Positions 1 to 16,790 are shown, numbered from the stretch's first letter. The stretch: 64,000 nucleotides of DNA from Salpingoeca rosetta (GCA_033442325.1 JAWQFM010000005.1:611327-675326), one strand, 5' to 3'. Notes: generated by a model from the letters alone, not told the origin. Made by a program: numbers and translations.

Positions 1-119
1 CAGGAATGGAACGTGTGGCATGCATGATGAGTTGGGGTCATGGGTGTGATCATGATCGTGAGCGAGTGAATGCACCTCTTTCTCACATACGCACGGTTGA
101 GCGCGTTGACGATAACGCA

Positions 120-161
<42 letters not shown>

Positions 162-199
162 GCAAACACGCACGCAAACACACACACACACACGCACGC

Positions 200-240
<41 letters not shown>

Positions 241-723
241 GCAAACACGCACACACACACAATCTGTCTTTCTTCTGCGCTCACCAACGGAGGAGAAGAA
301 GATGGCGAGGAAGAGGTCCTTGACGGGATCGACCAGATGCAGAATACGCGACAGGTTCGACGATACGCCGTCGTGCTGCGTTCATGTATGAGACAGAGAA
401 AGAGAGTATGCAAGTGTGCATATATGTGCGTCAGCATATGTGCATACGTGTGCATGTGTGTTGAACGTGGTGAGAGGCAGCGTGTGCTATGCATGGAATG
501 GCAGCCACAGTGCTCCCACAGAACATCCCAATCATCACTCTTCAGCCCACGACAGCCTGCAACACCGCACGACAATGCATGCACCCACCGCATGCTCTGC
601 TTGAATACGGCCACCGGCAATGCTGAACATCAGGCCCGCAACGAAGCAGCCAAGCTCCATCGACACCTGAACGGGAACACCACGCGTTGTTTGGGGCTCT
701 CGTGACACACATGGTTCGACGTC

Positions 724-761
<38 letters not shown>

Positions 762-2893
762 GTACAGATACAAGCGAACACACGCACACAGTGACAAGCA
801 CCAGCACGCGCAGATGCAACAACACATGTACACTGCAAAGCACCAACCTGCATGAACTCTGTGACTTTGAGCATGAGGATACAGATGGAGATGATGGCGA
901 GCAGACGCGTTGGGATGTCCAGCGAGTGGAGGTGGTGCATCAGTCGCTCAACCACAAACTGCAGACACACACACACACACACACACATACACACACCATG
1001 TCACAAGCGAGTGTGAGCGGTTGCGTTCACGTGTGCATGAACAATCACAAGCGCATCAACTTGCACGCTGGCTGGTTGTGTGTGTATGTGTATGTGTGTT
1101 TTTGTATGTGTTTGTATGAGTGTGTTTGCTCTGACGATAGCCACGTCTTTGCAACTCATCGTACTTTGCTCAAGATGATGATGATGAGCCCTAGGAGGAT
1201 AAAACTTCCGATGAGACGAAACGTGATCCGCCCAATGTCCATCACATTAATCTGCAGCGAAAAGGCGACCAGTCAACACAGGTGAGTGCATGTGTGTGTG
1301 CGTGTGAGCATGTGCATGTGTGCGTGTGAGCATGTGGGATGTGTGTGTGTGTGCGTGCCACGCAGTGTGTCAAAACACCACAACGCAGGCAGTCTCGGGC
1401 CCATGCATGTACATCAACAGCGACTCCCCACTTCCACCACACGCACGCACACCTCATCGAAGGAGACGAGGAGGGGCAGGACGGCAATGATGACGCCCAA
1501 ATACACGTCTTGCATCAGCAGCACGCCGAGCAGGCCCCGCCCTGCAGGCAGTCGCAGCAAACACACGCGCAACGGGGAATACCGCACGTGCATGCAGGTC
1601 CAGTGAGTGCGAGAGGTGTAGGTGTGAGTGCGTGCATGTGCGTACGTGTGTGTGTGTGTGTCTGTGTCCGTGCGTGCGTGTGTATGTGCATGTGTGTGTG
1701 CATGTGCGTGTCTGTGTGCATGTGTGGAGGCATTCCGTGCGAGTCACGGTATCTGAGTGTGGCTGCAAGAGGTTGAACGCGCACCGTAGGGCTGCTCGTG
1801 GTCTGTTGGTGTGAGGTTGTTGGCGGCGACGGTTGTGCTCGAGAGCGATACAACGATGGCCACAAACAGCCTGGGAAACGAATCCATGTCATGAATACAC
1901 GGATAGACAGGCAGACGCCAGTAGAATCAGTTCAGCAGGCAGACGAGAAGAAACACACACATGCTTGCACGCACAGACACAGACACAGACACACACAGAA
2001 ACACACGCGCACACACGCACAGACACACACACACACAGACACAAAGGCAGCCTCACATCCCCCTCCCCAAAGCATGTGCGTGCTCACGTCTCTGAGAGCG
2101 GGCGCTCGAGGTATGAGCCGATGAAGCAGACGGCGGTGATGGTGAGAGCCATGATGAGCGTGCAGCCAATCACCGCAATCCGGAACATCTCCTTCAGTTT
2201 GCTCACAGAGAACTGCAGGGACAGAGGAAAGAGCAGGGTGGCAGGTGGTGGCGGTGGTGAGTGGTGGTGGAGATGAAGGAAAGCAATGGATCGTGTGGTA
2301 GTGAGTGCAGTTCTGAGTAGCTGAGGTGATTATTGATGGACACACGAGCACGCTTGTGCAGCAGAGTGATGATTGCACACACACACACACAAAAAAAAAA
2401 AAAACAAAAAAAAAACGCGTGCTTGGTGCGCACCTCCATTCCGAGCGTGAAGAGAACGAAGAACACGCCAAACTCCCCAATCGTGGTGATTTGCACAACC
2501 GACTGCAACAACAGGAACAAGAATAACACCAGTGGCAGCAAGACCACAACAGGCAATCATTGGAAGAAGGTCTGTGAGTGTACGAGCCAGTGAATGTGCA
2601 GTGCTTGCATGCATGATCCAACACATGCTATTTGACATCCACCCACGCCCACCCGATGCCTGCAAGCACTCACCGTGATGATGTTGAGGCCAGCAGGGCC
2701 CAGCAGCGTGCCCGCAATCACATACCCAACAAACCCAGGCAGGCTGAAGGGGAGGAAGGAATTGCCAGCAGATGGCGGTAATGGCAGTGATCATGGCGGT
2801 GGTTGAGCATTGATGACGTCATCCATTGGAGAAGAATGCAGTTGAGCAAGCGGATGGCAATTGCTTTAACTTTCACACACACTCACACACGCG

Positions 2894-2929
<36 letters not shown>

Positions 2930-3119
2930 TGCGCGCACTTGAGGTATTGGCAGGCGGCGCCGGCGACAAAGCAGCCAAAGAGGAGACTCAAGAGATCGTT
3001 GAGGAGGGAAAAGTCCTCAAGCAGATTCGTCGTGTCCGAGGGGCGGGCCAGCGCATACCTGATGGTGATGGGTTGGGGGTGATGATGTGGAGTGGGGTGG
3101 TCACGAGTGGTGGTGGTGG

Positions 3120-3175
<56 letters not shown>

Positions 3176-3246
3176 GCAACGGTGGGCCAACGCGGGCGAG
3201 TGCGATAGGGCGAGTAGTGGTGAACATGTCTTGCCGTCATGAGCAA

Positions 3247-3321
<75 letters not shown>

Positions 3322-3729
3322 GCACACACACACACAAGACAGTTGATCAGGTGGAGCAAGCTGAGGTGTCGCCCTACTGGTTGTTGTCTGCGTCCACGAG
3401 GAATGACATGTGTGCAACGTCGTTTCCCTTTCTGCGTGACTTTTCCTCCCTGATGTCCAAGCAACAGCACTCATCAGTCACATGTGTGCGTGTGTGCATG
3501 TGCATGTAGAGGTGCTTGTGCGTTTTGTTCTGTTCTGTGTGTATGTGTGTATGTGTGCTTGTGTGTGTGCGTGTGTCGACTCACTGAGCGGTCATTTCTG
3601 ACTCGTCGTGGCTCTCGATCTTCACGACGGTGATCAGCGACGAATCCTTCACCTGAACATACGCACACACGCACGCACACGCACACAGGCAAACACATGC
3701 GCACACAGGCAAACACACAGATACACATA

Positions 3730-3769
<40 letters not shown>

Positions 3770-5123
3770 GCCGTGGGTGCATGTGTGAGAGAGGTGATGG
3801 CACAGAGCAAGCAAGAGTCATACAAACGGCATCATAGGAAGCACGGGCGCCAGCGCTGCACGCACGTGCTGCGCTTTGATGTAGGCGTGGTCGTCCAGGA
3901 ACTGCTGCAGCGCTTTCGCTGCGCAGTGTCGATGCGGGAGGAGGGCGTGACGACGACGGTGTGAGGGATGGAGCAATGTACGCGCACGATGGCGAATGAG
4001 ATGACAGCGGTCATGTCGGTGACAAGCGATGCAACACAACAGGACATGAAAACTGGAAACGCACACACACACATCGACACACACACACATCGACACGCAC
4101 ACACACACACACAGAAAACACACACACACACACAAAACACCTCTTTGGCGTCCGTCTCAACTCTACAAAGAACCAACCAATAAACCAGCTAAACCAACAT
4201 CAACCAACCAAACCAAGCAACTAAGCCCTCCGCACCTTTGTCCTCGACGCGACTGAGGACCTGGTCCACGGAGTTTCGCTTGGCGGCAGTACCCTTCCTC
4301 GCATCCTCAAACGCCTCCAACTTCTGCTGGTTCTCCTGGAATTTCTCGAGCGCAGCGTGCTCCCGCATCTGGTGGGTAGATTCGACGTTAGGGGATGTGC
4401 ACTTTGGGTTAGTTTGCTGCGTGTGTGAGTGAGAGGTGTCGAGACTCGCCTACTCACTGACACAACCGCTCCGCTCGTCGTCGCACGTGCCATCATTTCA
4501 CCACCGTAACCACACTACAACCACCACCACCACCAACAACAACAACAGCCACCGGCATCTCACCGCCTGCACTTGGAGCTCTGCAATTCGCTTCCGTTGG
4601 TCGTCGAGATACTTGTCCTGCCACTGCTTGATTGCCTGGAGCGCCGGGTAATGGCGGGGGCATGCGGTGACGGGGATGGTGGTGATGGTGGTGGTGGATG
4701 GAAGGGAGGGGGGTGTTGGTCTGAGTGGAAGAGGAAGGACGTGATGACTCAGCTAATGCAGTTGTGGGTGCTTGTGCACAGTCACTCACAAGCGCAGCGG
4801 CAGCCGTGTCTGCCACTCCCAACGCCACCATCATCATCGCCATCATCATCACCACCATCATCGCCATCATCATCACCATCATCGTCATCACCATCATCAT
4901 CCTCACCTCGTATGATGAGAAATCGCTGTCGAGGACGGACTGGAGGTCGTGTGTCATCCGCACATACGCGTTGAAGGTGTTGTTGATGTGCTTCAGCGTC
5001 TGCGGCAGATGGTCGCGCGTTGTGCACCGGGATGAAGGATTGTGACGCGAGTGACGTGAGCCGACATGTCCATCGTTGCAAGCGCAACACGCCTTTGCAC
5101 ACAAACACACACACACACACACA

Positions 5124-5162
<39 letters not shown>

Positions 5163-5292
5163 GCACACACACACACACACACACACACGCGCACCATGTT
5201 GAGTGCTTGAATGTGGGCGGACTTTTCCTGGTCTGAGAGATCAGGCATCTTCTTAATCTCCCCCATCTGCTGCTGAAACTGAGACGCAACCT

Positions 5293-5388
<96 letters not shown>

Positions 5389-5810
5389 AAAAAAGGGAAA
5401 CGGGTGGTGCAGTACGATGAGGCGAGTCGCTTTCACATGGTGATACAAAGACAAGCAGTCGGCAAAAGAAAGCGCGCATATGCACACCTACCCACACACC
5501 CCCCCCCCCACACACACAGACCCACACCCACTCACATTTTGGGTGAGGAGCTTGTTGAGGCGCTTGGAGCGAAAAGTTGATTTGCAGGTCTGCAAAATGG
5601 GCGAGATCAGCATCCCCCTCTTCGGCATTGAGCACCTCTGCCAATGGCTTGGCAACCGTCGTGGTGGTCGTTGTCTTCTTCGTCTGTTATGGTCCAGTGC
5701 ATGCGATTGGGGTGATAGCGTGTGGTGGTGAGGGCTGGTGTGACGAAACAGAGAACGAGGGAGTGCGATGGATGCCACGAAGGCAAGGCTGAGTGCGAAC
5801 ATGCTGTTCA

Positions 5811-5852
<42 letters not shown>

Positions 5853-5864
5853 GACAGACAGACA

Positions 5865-5901
<37 letters not shown>

Positions 5902-6524
5902 ACATATGCAGACAAGCGCAAACGAACCTGAGACTCGTCTGCGCCCTCTGATTCTGACCCGTTCGCCCCGTTCCCGTCACCACCGTTAGCCGCTGCTGCT
6001 ACTCCTGTGTCCGTGCCATCGCTGCTTTGACCTTTGCTGATCTTGCCACCATTACCGCCTGTATCGCCATGGTTGCTGTCGTTGGCGCCAACTGAAGTGT
6101 CACTCCCTGTATCGCCCACAGCTGCATTGGCGTCGCCAGCGCCTATGGCATTCCCATCCTGCATGGCTGCACGCCGTTCCCGCGCGTGTGCGAGCCTGTT
6201 GAGGAGGAGTTCCTGCCTCGCCTGTCCGTCGAGCGAGCGTCCGCCTGCCACCGCATCAGTGCCGTCCGCCTGGCCGGTGAGGGTGTCGGCTGCGCCCTGT
6301 TCGCTGGTGAGGTGGCGTCGTCGCTGCCGGGTGCCATAGTTTGGGTTGACGTGCATGACCAAGCGTGAGGGAGAGGGGCTTGCTGCTGATGTGCTGTTGG
6401 ATGTGGGCGCCATTCGCAGCTGCTGCCCCGCAGTAACCAGCGCAGCATCGGACGGAGCTGCGTGTGAGATGGCCAGTAACACGATCAGCAGCAGCAGCAT
6501 CACTGGCCCGGTGCAAGCACGCAT
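1..6524 (-). CDS. TMCO3: TMCO3 / KEA4-6-like CPA2 cation:proton antiporter, multi-exon, 3' end runs off the window start
   Basis: Minus-strand exons give a signal peptide ([22 protein letters not shown]), coiled-coil exons ([37 protein letters not shown]), then antiporter motifs [111 protein letters not shown]. Start could be ATG 6524 or 6500. Confidence 0.88.
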
Positions 6525-6974
6525 GCTGAACAGTGCAGTTGGGCTCGTGCCCGTCTTGGTCTGCGGTCGAGTGCGCTTCAGCGCATGGAGTAGCGACGAC
6601 GCTGAGGCCTGCACAGGCCCTATCAATGATGTCAATGGTGAGGGCAATGACGACAGCGGCGACAGCGGAGATGGCAGCTGAAACCGCCTTCGTCCCCGCG
6701 GCCGCTGCCTGCGCTCTGATCGCTGCATCGCCAACCGCCTCACCGAAGAGGAGGTTGACGGAGTCGGTGTGGGAGTGGACCAGTGTTCTTAGAGAGTGTG
6801 TGACAGCGAGTGAGCGTGAGCTTGTTCCAAACGCGATACGAGTGTGGACGTGCGAGTGCGACGTGTGGTTTGGCGTTAGGAAGAGTGAGGACAGCGGTGG
6901 TGGGTTGGAAGTCAGCAATCACAACCGCATCATCATCATCATCCACGACAAAAAAAAAAACGAAAATCCCAAAC

Positions 6975-8173
<1,199 letters not shown>

Positions 8174-8750
8174 GCGCTGCATTCGCAATCGACATTGCCA
8201 TGTTGCGCAGGAACACACCGCACCACACGCCGCTTTGCTCTGCTGTTATGTTACTTCCACACGCGTGCGCGGTGCCTGCCCTGTACCCTTGTTTTCTTCT
8301 CCCCGCTTGCACTTGCGTTCCCTTTGGTTCGCGCTTCCACCCCACCATCGTCGACACACACACGAACCTGCGCGCACGGATGAACACAATCATTTTGGGG
8401 GTTTCTATTGCACACGGCTGGCTGGGTTGTGTATTCATTTACCTTGCTTGCCTGAACCCAACACACACACGCACACACATGCGCATGACAAAACAGCTCA
8501 CACGCGCGTGAAGTTGACAAGCACAACTGCTACTGTCGCTATTGTTGTTGTCGTTGCTGCTGCACATTAGATACAACGCTACCACAGTTCGCCACTGCAA
8601 CAAGGGCCACACATGAAGCACACACACACATGTGCATGCACATGGAGCACACGTGCACACACCTCTACAACACACACGCACATACAGATTCGCGTGTACG
8701 CCACACATGCCACCCCCTCCCCCCCAAGCTGCTGCTGCTGCTGCTGCTGC

Positions 8751-9541
8751 TCAGTCCTTCTTCTCGACGCGCACGAGCTCACGGCGGATGTTGAGGTCTG
8801 CGAATGTGTCTGTGGGCGGCGCAGCCAGCAGGTCCACGCGCGGATGTGTTCGCATGGCGTGCACGGGCCCGTCGATATGGGCAGCCGTCTTGATCACGTC
8901 TGCCAGCACCGCAACGGGCTCGTCGGCATAGAAGCGACGCTGCAGCCTGAGGTGGGAAGAGGAGGGGGATGACGGGTGGTGAGGACGTGCAACAAGCAGG
9001 CGAGCAGCAGCACTCCGAACAAACGAACAAACTTCGAAGCGGTGCAGCAAACGACAGGCCAACAAGCAAGCCATCATCTGATTGTCCATTTGGCACCTGC
9101 TTCCGTCTGGGAAAACGAGACAGACGGTGCTCAGCGGTTCGCTCGCATCCGCAGGCGGCTCCGGGCGCGCACGCACTGATAATGATGATGGTGGTGGTGG
9201 TTGTTGTGGTGGTGGAGCTACAGTGAGCAAGACGAAGCGAAATCGCCATGTGCAAACACGCACACAACAAACACACATTCACGTACACACACCTGTTGGC
9301 TGTTCCTCCTCTTCCTCTTCTTCTTCCTCCTCTTCTTCGTCGTCGATTGTGTCATCCAACGCCACCACTTCATCCTCATCCTCCATCATCTGTGTGTCCT
9401 CTTCCTCTTCGTCTTCGTCTTCATCTTCAACAGTGGTGGTGGTGGTGGTGGTGGCGGCGCGGCTGCTCGCCATTGTCTGCTTTGCCCGCTTCGACGTCTG
9501 CGGCTTTGAATCCGCCAGCGACGCGGCAATCGCAGCTCGCA

Positions 9542-9611
<70 letters not shown>

Positions 9612-9979
9612 CAGAGGGGGATTGAGAATAGATGGCCAGCATAGATGTGTGTACGCCTGTGCGTGACAGGAACATGGGCGGTCGGTTTTGAGTCATACCA
9701 TTTCGTCCTCCGCCGCGTTCAGGTCCACGCCGCCTCCCTGCAGACAGGCACATATGTACGGAAGGACAGAGTGAGTGTGCATGCATGCGTGTTGTGCATT
9801 TGTGAGTGCCAATGGCACAGCGACAGCACGCACGCACGTACAACAATGCAAGACAAGGGCATCTCAACCACTACCGTGCTTGTTGACGGCTGCTGCTGGG
9901 GTGCTGCTGGCTGTGATGATGTGCCGCCCCCGACACCATGAGACGACGGCTTTCCGTGCCGCTCAACAAATGCCAACAC

Positions 9980-10013
<34 letters not shown>

Positions 10014-10015
10014 CA

Positions 10016-10061
<46 letters not shown>

Positions 10062-11502
10062 TGATAAGATCATGTTTAACTCAACAAAAGGTGTGTGTGT
10101 GTGTGTTCAACACGACCAAAGTAGGCACGCAGAATCAGAGATGGTACAAGCGCACAACATCAGCCCAGGTGTCTGGGCAAGTGCAACGTACATCGCTCCA
10201 CCATGTCGTGTGCGTCGCACGTGATGCGAATCTCCTTCATGCGCTCGCGTGTTGTTGGGTCGATCACACACACGTGTGGGGGGGACGTCGTTGGATACCG
10301 GCGCACAAACTCGGAACCATCGCGAACCTCCGCATCCACTTGCCAGAACAGGAAACTCGCCCGCACCACGCTCTGGACCTGCGGAGCACACGGAACAACA
10401 GCAAGCGGTGAGGCTGTGTGTGAGAGAGGGGGGGGTAGTGTGTGTGCGTGTGCGTGTGCACGTGTATTGTGCGTGTGTGCGTGCGTGTATTGCGCAAGTG
10501 TGTGCGTGAATGCATACACGTGTGTGCGCATGTTTGTGCATGCGTGTGACGTACGGTTGTGTTGCTCCACACGTCGCGGTTGAGGCGGTGCGACTCAAAC
10601 TCCGTCGTCTTCTGGATGTTCACCAGCACCCACTTGTCCTCCCGCGCAGCAGTTGCAAGCAGCTGACACGCGCGCGCGCGCGAAACGGGGGATGATGGGG
10701 TGATGGGAGCGTGTGTGAATGCGGTTGCTTGAAGGAGACAACTCTCTTCTCCACAAGGGCATGAGCAACGAGTGCACTCACGTTCACACATGCACACATT
10801 CAGACGCACAGACACACACACACACACACACACACATGTTCACACCCAACTGCCATCGCACCTCCTCCCAAGGCAGCTCCGACATGAGGTCGCGTGGGGG
10901 AGCAAACAAATCCTGCAAGTCTGCACATACCATCACGCAATCACAACATCATACAACCACGCAAGCATGCAAGCAAGCACGCAAGCAATCGAGCACGCAG
11001 GGTGAATGGCAAATAGTGGTCGAGGAAATGACGACACGGCAGTGAGACGCGAAAATTAATGGACAGAGCACGCTGCAAACTCGGCTGTGAAGATGATCTT
11101 ACGCTGGCGGTGGGTCTCGCTGATGTCATCTGTAATGGAAAGGAACATGGCCACAAGGGCATGTGTGCGAGGGCGTTAGAGAGAGGGGAGGATGACAGGG
11201 AGCGTGTGTAGTGAGAAAGCAGAGCGGAAGCGAGATAGAGGAGGTTAACGCGCGTGTGTGTATGTGTGTGTCGCTCGGGCTTCAACTCGCGTGAGGTCGG
11301 CTCACCACTGAATTGTGCAAAAGGATGGCGAATCGTCGGTGCAGCCCCTTGTTGCCGCCGCATGCTGCGCAGCATAGGCACTGAGACAACGCCATGTACA
11401 CGAAAGAAAGGGGCAGAGTGAGATGGAGGTGCGCATGTTCGTAAGCGCCAACAAAGGACAGTGCATACGAACGTGCAACAAAGATGTGTGCACAGGCACA
11501 GC

Positions 11503-11566
<64 letters not shown>

Positions 11567-11884
11567 GCACAATGCGCAGAGGTCACACTCACTGCCGGGG
11601 CTGTCGATGAGGGTGTCTTGCTTTGGCTTGATTGGCGCGCGAACCTCGGGTTCTGGCGGCGGCATGGGCGCTGATGGCGCTTGTGCCGAGGATGAGGACG
11701 ATGTCATCCCAGGCTCTGGACCGGAGGAGAAGTGCAACAGGATGGCAGCCTCAACATTGTTGTCACATGCCTTGTGGGGTCGCATGAGGTGACACAGTGT
11801 CAACAAGGTGCGCGTGTGCGTGATGAGGGTTTGGGAGAGTTTGGGAGAGATGCGTGGCGACGAGGGTGATGGTGTGGGTTGCAT

Positions 11885-11951
<67 letters not shown>

Positions 11952-12129
11952 GCATGATCGATCTCCGCATGCACACACGAAGCGTGTGCACGTACACAAC
12001 GCCAGAACACACACACACACACACACAAAAGCTCGTTCATCGCATACATGTGTATACCTGTAAGAGGTTCTTTGCGCGGTCAGGGTCGATGCCCGTGACG
12101 TCCATCAGCTGAGACACCTTGGCATCCAT
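8751..12129 (-). CDS. UBXN7: UBX domain protein of the UBXN7/Ubx5 type (UBA-like, UAS, UIM, UBX), p97/Cdc48 adaptor
   Basis: MDAKVSQLMDVTGIDPDRAKNLLQ|ACDNNVEAAILLHF (UBA-like); VRAPIKPKQDTLI; DLFAPPRDLM; KWVLVNIQKTTEFESHRLNRDVWSN and SFLFWQV...PHVCVIDPTTRERM (UAS); MRAAIAASL (UIM); LVFPDGSR...LQRRFYADEPV...THPRVDL (UBX). Confidence 0.88.
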
Positions 12130-12324
12130 CGTGGGTGGTTGTGATGTGCAGTTGACGTGTGAATGGCGGCGCTGCTGTCGTTGCTTTTGCAAATCGCGTT
12201 CGTTACAAAACGGCTTGCGACAGCATTAAATGCACATCACATCAACTGCCGCCGACGCACCCAACCAGCCACTTCTCAACCCCCTTCATCATCACACACC
12301 TACCCCCACCTCTCGTCACACAAG
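12130..12324. promoter_or_regulatory. Putative bidirectional promoter, UBXN7 / PP5
   Basis: 195 bp between divergent ATGs; inverted repeat gtgatgtgca (12141-12150) / tgcacatcac (12231-12240). Confidence 0.6.
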
Positions 12325-13059
12325 ATGGCTACGCCAGCTGAGGAAGCCAAGGCCAAGTGAGCACCACTTCTCCCTCTGTGTGTGGGTGTACATGTGGGTT
12401 GTCTTTTGTTTGTTGGTTTGGGCTTGCGCGCTGTTGACACTCTTCGCTCAGATCAGACTGTGTTTGTGGCGCTGATCATCAACCACGGTGAATTGGCAGG
12501 GGCAATGAGTGCTTCAAGAAGAAGCAGTTCCATGAAGCGATTGAGCACTACACGGCAGCCATTGAACTCGACCCCTCGGTAAGCTGAACTGTTCAGTGTG
12601 TGTCTGTCTGTGTGTGTGTGTGTTTGTTTGTGTGTGTGTGGGCGTCTGTGTGTGTCTGTCTGTGTCTGTGTGTGTGCCTGTCTGTGTGTGTGTCTGTCTG
12701 TGTGTCTGTCTATCTGTCTGTCTCTCTCTGTCCCTCTCTCCCTGCCCCTCTGTCTCTCTCTCTCTCACTGTGTTTCAGGGCGTCAATGGCTGGTTGTCCA
12801 AAGGAGGGTGGAGGTCTTGATCTTGCTCGTTGATTGCAGCGCGCTGGTTCTCACACGCGTCACCCGTGTCCACTTTGACCCTCACTCGTCATGGCAATGG
12901 GAATAGGTGCCCGCATACTACACAAACAGGGCGTTTGCGTACATCAAGACGGAAGGGTTTGGCGCCGCGCTCGAGGATGCCGATTCCGCCCTGCGTCGCA
13001 ACCCAAAGTTTGTCAAGGTGCGTCACCAGACAGCACATCGAGGCGTGTGTGTGTATGAA

Positions 13060-13138
<79 letters not shown>

Positions 13139-13822
13139 GAGAGAGAGACAGACAGACAGACAGAGAGACACACACACACACACAGACACACACACATAGA
13201 CAGAGACACACAGAAAGACAGAGAGTGTGTGTGTTGAAGATGGTGAACTTCCGCCATGATTACTGTTGACGTGGTGGTGCTGATCGCTGGTTGTCACGAA
13301 GGCGTACTATCGCCGCGCAACGGCGAACATGGGCCTGGGCAAGTGGAAGGCCAGCAAGCGCGACTTTGAGGCCGTTCTGAAGGTGCGTTGTGCTTGTGGT
13401 GTGCGTGTGTGTTTGGCTCAGTTGCATATGTTTGGTGCTTGTTGCTGTTTGCATCCGCGCTCAAGGGCTGCTCGCTGGTGCGCGATCTGTGCAGGTTCGC
13501 CCCAATGACAAGGACGCGCAAAAGAAGTTTAAGGAAGTGGACAAGATTGTGCGACGACTTGCCTTCGAGAAGGTGAGGGCCGCGCCAATGTGTATGTGTT
13601 CATGCATGTGTGCGATCAGGTGTACATACTCGTGTGTTAATGTCTGCACATACTCTGTTTTCTGACACGCACACCCTATGTGTGTGTGTTGCTGGTGCAG
13701 GCCATCACTGTTGGAGAGGCCGGTGTGAAGCGCGACGTCGTGCAGATTATGACCGAAGCCATGGAGAAGATGGGTATGCACGTGCAGTGGCTTGTTGTGT
13801 TGTATGTGTGCTTCTTGTGTAT

Positions 13823-13871
<49 letters not shown>

Positions 13872-14196
13872 GTGACACAGAAGGTTGGTGCTCACCAACG
13901 GTTGCATCGTTGGATATGCGCTGCAGAGGTGAAGGATTCGTACGACGGCCCGCGCCTGGACGGCGACATCACACCAGAGGTGCGCACGTGTGTGTGTGTG
14001 CGTGCATGCGTGCGTGTGTATGCGTATGTGTGCGTGTGCGTGCGTGTGTGTGCGTGCGTGTGTGTGTCTGCGAGTGCTCACTGCGCCGCGCCGTCGCTGC
14101 TGCCGGCTGCCAGTTTATGGAGGAGCTGATGCAGCATCTCAAGGACCAGAAGAAACTGCACATCAAATACGCCGTCAAGGTGCGGCCGCCGCCATG

Positions 14197-14255
<59 letters not shown>

Positions 14256-14438
14256 GAAACTTGCCTCGCAGCGGTGGTGCCATCGCGTCGCCGCTCACAT
14301 CTGTGCGTGGCGTGGGCTCAGATTTTGCTTGAGGTGCACAAGCTGCTGTCGTCGCTGCCGTCTCTCGTCGATATCACCATCGAGGAGGATGGAAAGGTGT
14401 GCTGATGTCGCAGGCGTTGGAAGTTGTTGTTGATTTAG

Positions 14439-14530
<92 letters not shown>

Positions 14531-15634
14531 GAGCTGTGTACGTTGTGTGCATTCTGCGCCTGAGCAACTATTCCCTTTCCCTGCTTATCACCACGACTCG
14601 CAAGCTCACTCCTACCCATCATATTCATGTGTGTGTGTCTGTCTGTCAGATGACGGTGTGCGGCGATGTGCACGGACAGTTCTATGATGTCCTCAACATC
14701 TTTGAGCTCAACGGCCTCCCATCGCCCGTGCGTACTTGAAATGCACGCGCAGCAAGGAGGAGAGAACGCAGAGAGAACGGAGAGCGAACGGAGAGCGAGC
14801 GGAGAGGGTGGGGTGATGTTGGGGTGATGGATGATGGCACCATGACGTAACGTGACGTGATGTGACGTGCTTCGCTGTTGTCGTACACTCGAACCGAAGC
14901 GCTGACTCACACGTACATCACTCACACATCGTGTTGCTTTCTCGCTTGCGCTGTGCACGTTCATATTGTATGTGCGTGTGCGTGTGTGCAGTCGAACCCG
15001 TATCTGTTCAACGGCGACTTTGTTGACCGCGGGTCCTTCTCTGTGGAAGTCATGCTCACCTTCTTTGGATTCCGCATCCTCTACCCGAACCACTTCTTCG
15101 TGAGTTGAAGGCGGTGGCAGGGAATTGAGCAGGTGGTGGTGGTGATTGTCATTGTCGTGGTCGTGGTGATGTGAATTTCGTCTCTCATACGTCACTCTCT
15201 CGCTTACTCGGATTCTGACTCACTCTCTCGCTTACTCGGATTCTGACTCACTCACTCACATCACACACTCACATCACACACACATCATACACACACTCTC
15301 TCTCTTTCACATACACACTCACGTACACACGCACATGCACATGTACTGCGTTCACAATAACTGTCGTGCGCGTGTGCAGCTGTCGCGCGGAAACCACGAG
15401 TCGATCAATATGAACCAGATGTATGGCTTCTTCGGCGAAGTCAAGGCAAAGTTAGTGGCACTTCATGCGTGTATGTGGGAGGTGGGGGTTGTGAGTGAAA
15501 GTGAAACATGTGAGTGTTCTCATGTTTCGCAGCAGCACTGCGTGTACTCACTCGCGCTGACTCACTCACCCACACATAAACATACACCCACACATACACA
15601 TGCACACTCATTGGCCCATTCACACACACTCATT

Positions 15635-15691
<57 letters not shown>

Positions 15692-15815
15692 TGGCTCCTG
15701 CGTCAGGTACACGGACGACCTGGCTGATTTGTTCACGGAGGTGTTCAACTGGCTGCCCCTCGGCCACCTCATCGACAACAAAATCTTCGTGAGTCAACAA
15801 CCGTGTGTGTATGTG

Positions 15816-15847
<32 letters not shown>

Positions 15848-15860
15848 TGCGTGTGCGTGC

Positions 15861-15895
<35 letters not shown>

Positions 15896-16289
15896 GAGCT
15901 GTAGAATCGCGTGTCATCGTCAAAGCCGTGTGCCTTCTTCACGCAGAACACTTCCACTTGTTACAACCCTCACCTTCTTCCCCTTTTGACACACACACAC
16001 ACACGCACACATACACACACACACACAATTGCGTAGTGCGTGCACGGTGGCCTGTTCTCTGAGGACGGTGTGAAGGTTGACCAACTGCGCACCATCAAGC
16101 GCAACTGCCAGCCGCCGGACCACGGCCTCATGTGAGGCGCCATCCTGCATGCATGCCACGCATGTGGTTTGGAGGTGGAGGCGGGAGAGGTGTGGTGAAT
16201 TGTGGAATGGGGGACTCGGTTTTGGTGCTGTGATGGTTCTATCGCTTGTCGCTTGTGGCTTCAACCATGTATCATTCACACGCGCACAC

Positions 16290-16386
<97 letters not shown>

Positions 16387-16571
16387 ACATGCAGGTGCGA
16401 GATGCTGTGGTCTGATCCGCAGCCCATGCCGGGCCGCGCCCCGTCCCTTCGTGGCGTCGGCACGCGGTTTGGCCCAGATATCACCGCCGCCTTCCTCGAC
16501 GACAACGACCTCAAGCTCGTCATCCGCAGCCACGAGGTGCGTGCGGTGTGTGTGTATGTGTGTGTGTGTGT

Positions 16572-16632
<61 letters not shown>

Positions 16633-16680
16633 AGAGAGAACAAGAGACAGAGAGAGACAGAGAGAGACAGACAGACAGAC

Positions 16681-16715
<35 letters not shown>

Positions 16716-16720
16716 GAGAC

Positions 16721-16779
<59 letters not shown>

Positions 16780-16790
16780 GACAGACAGAC

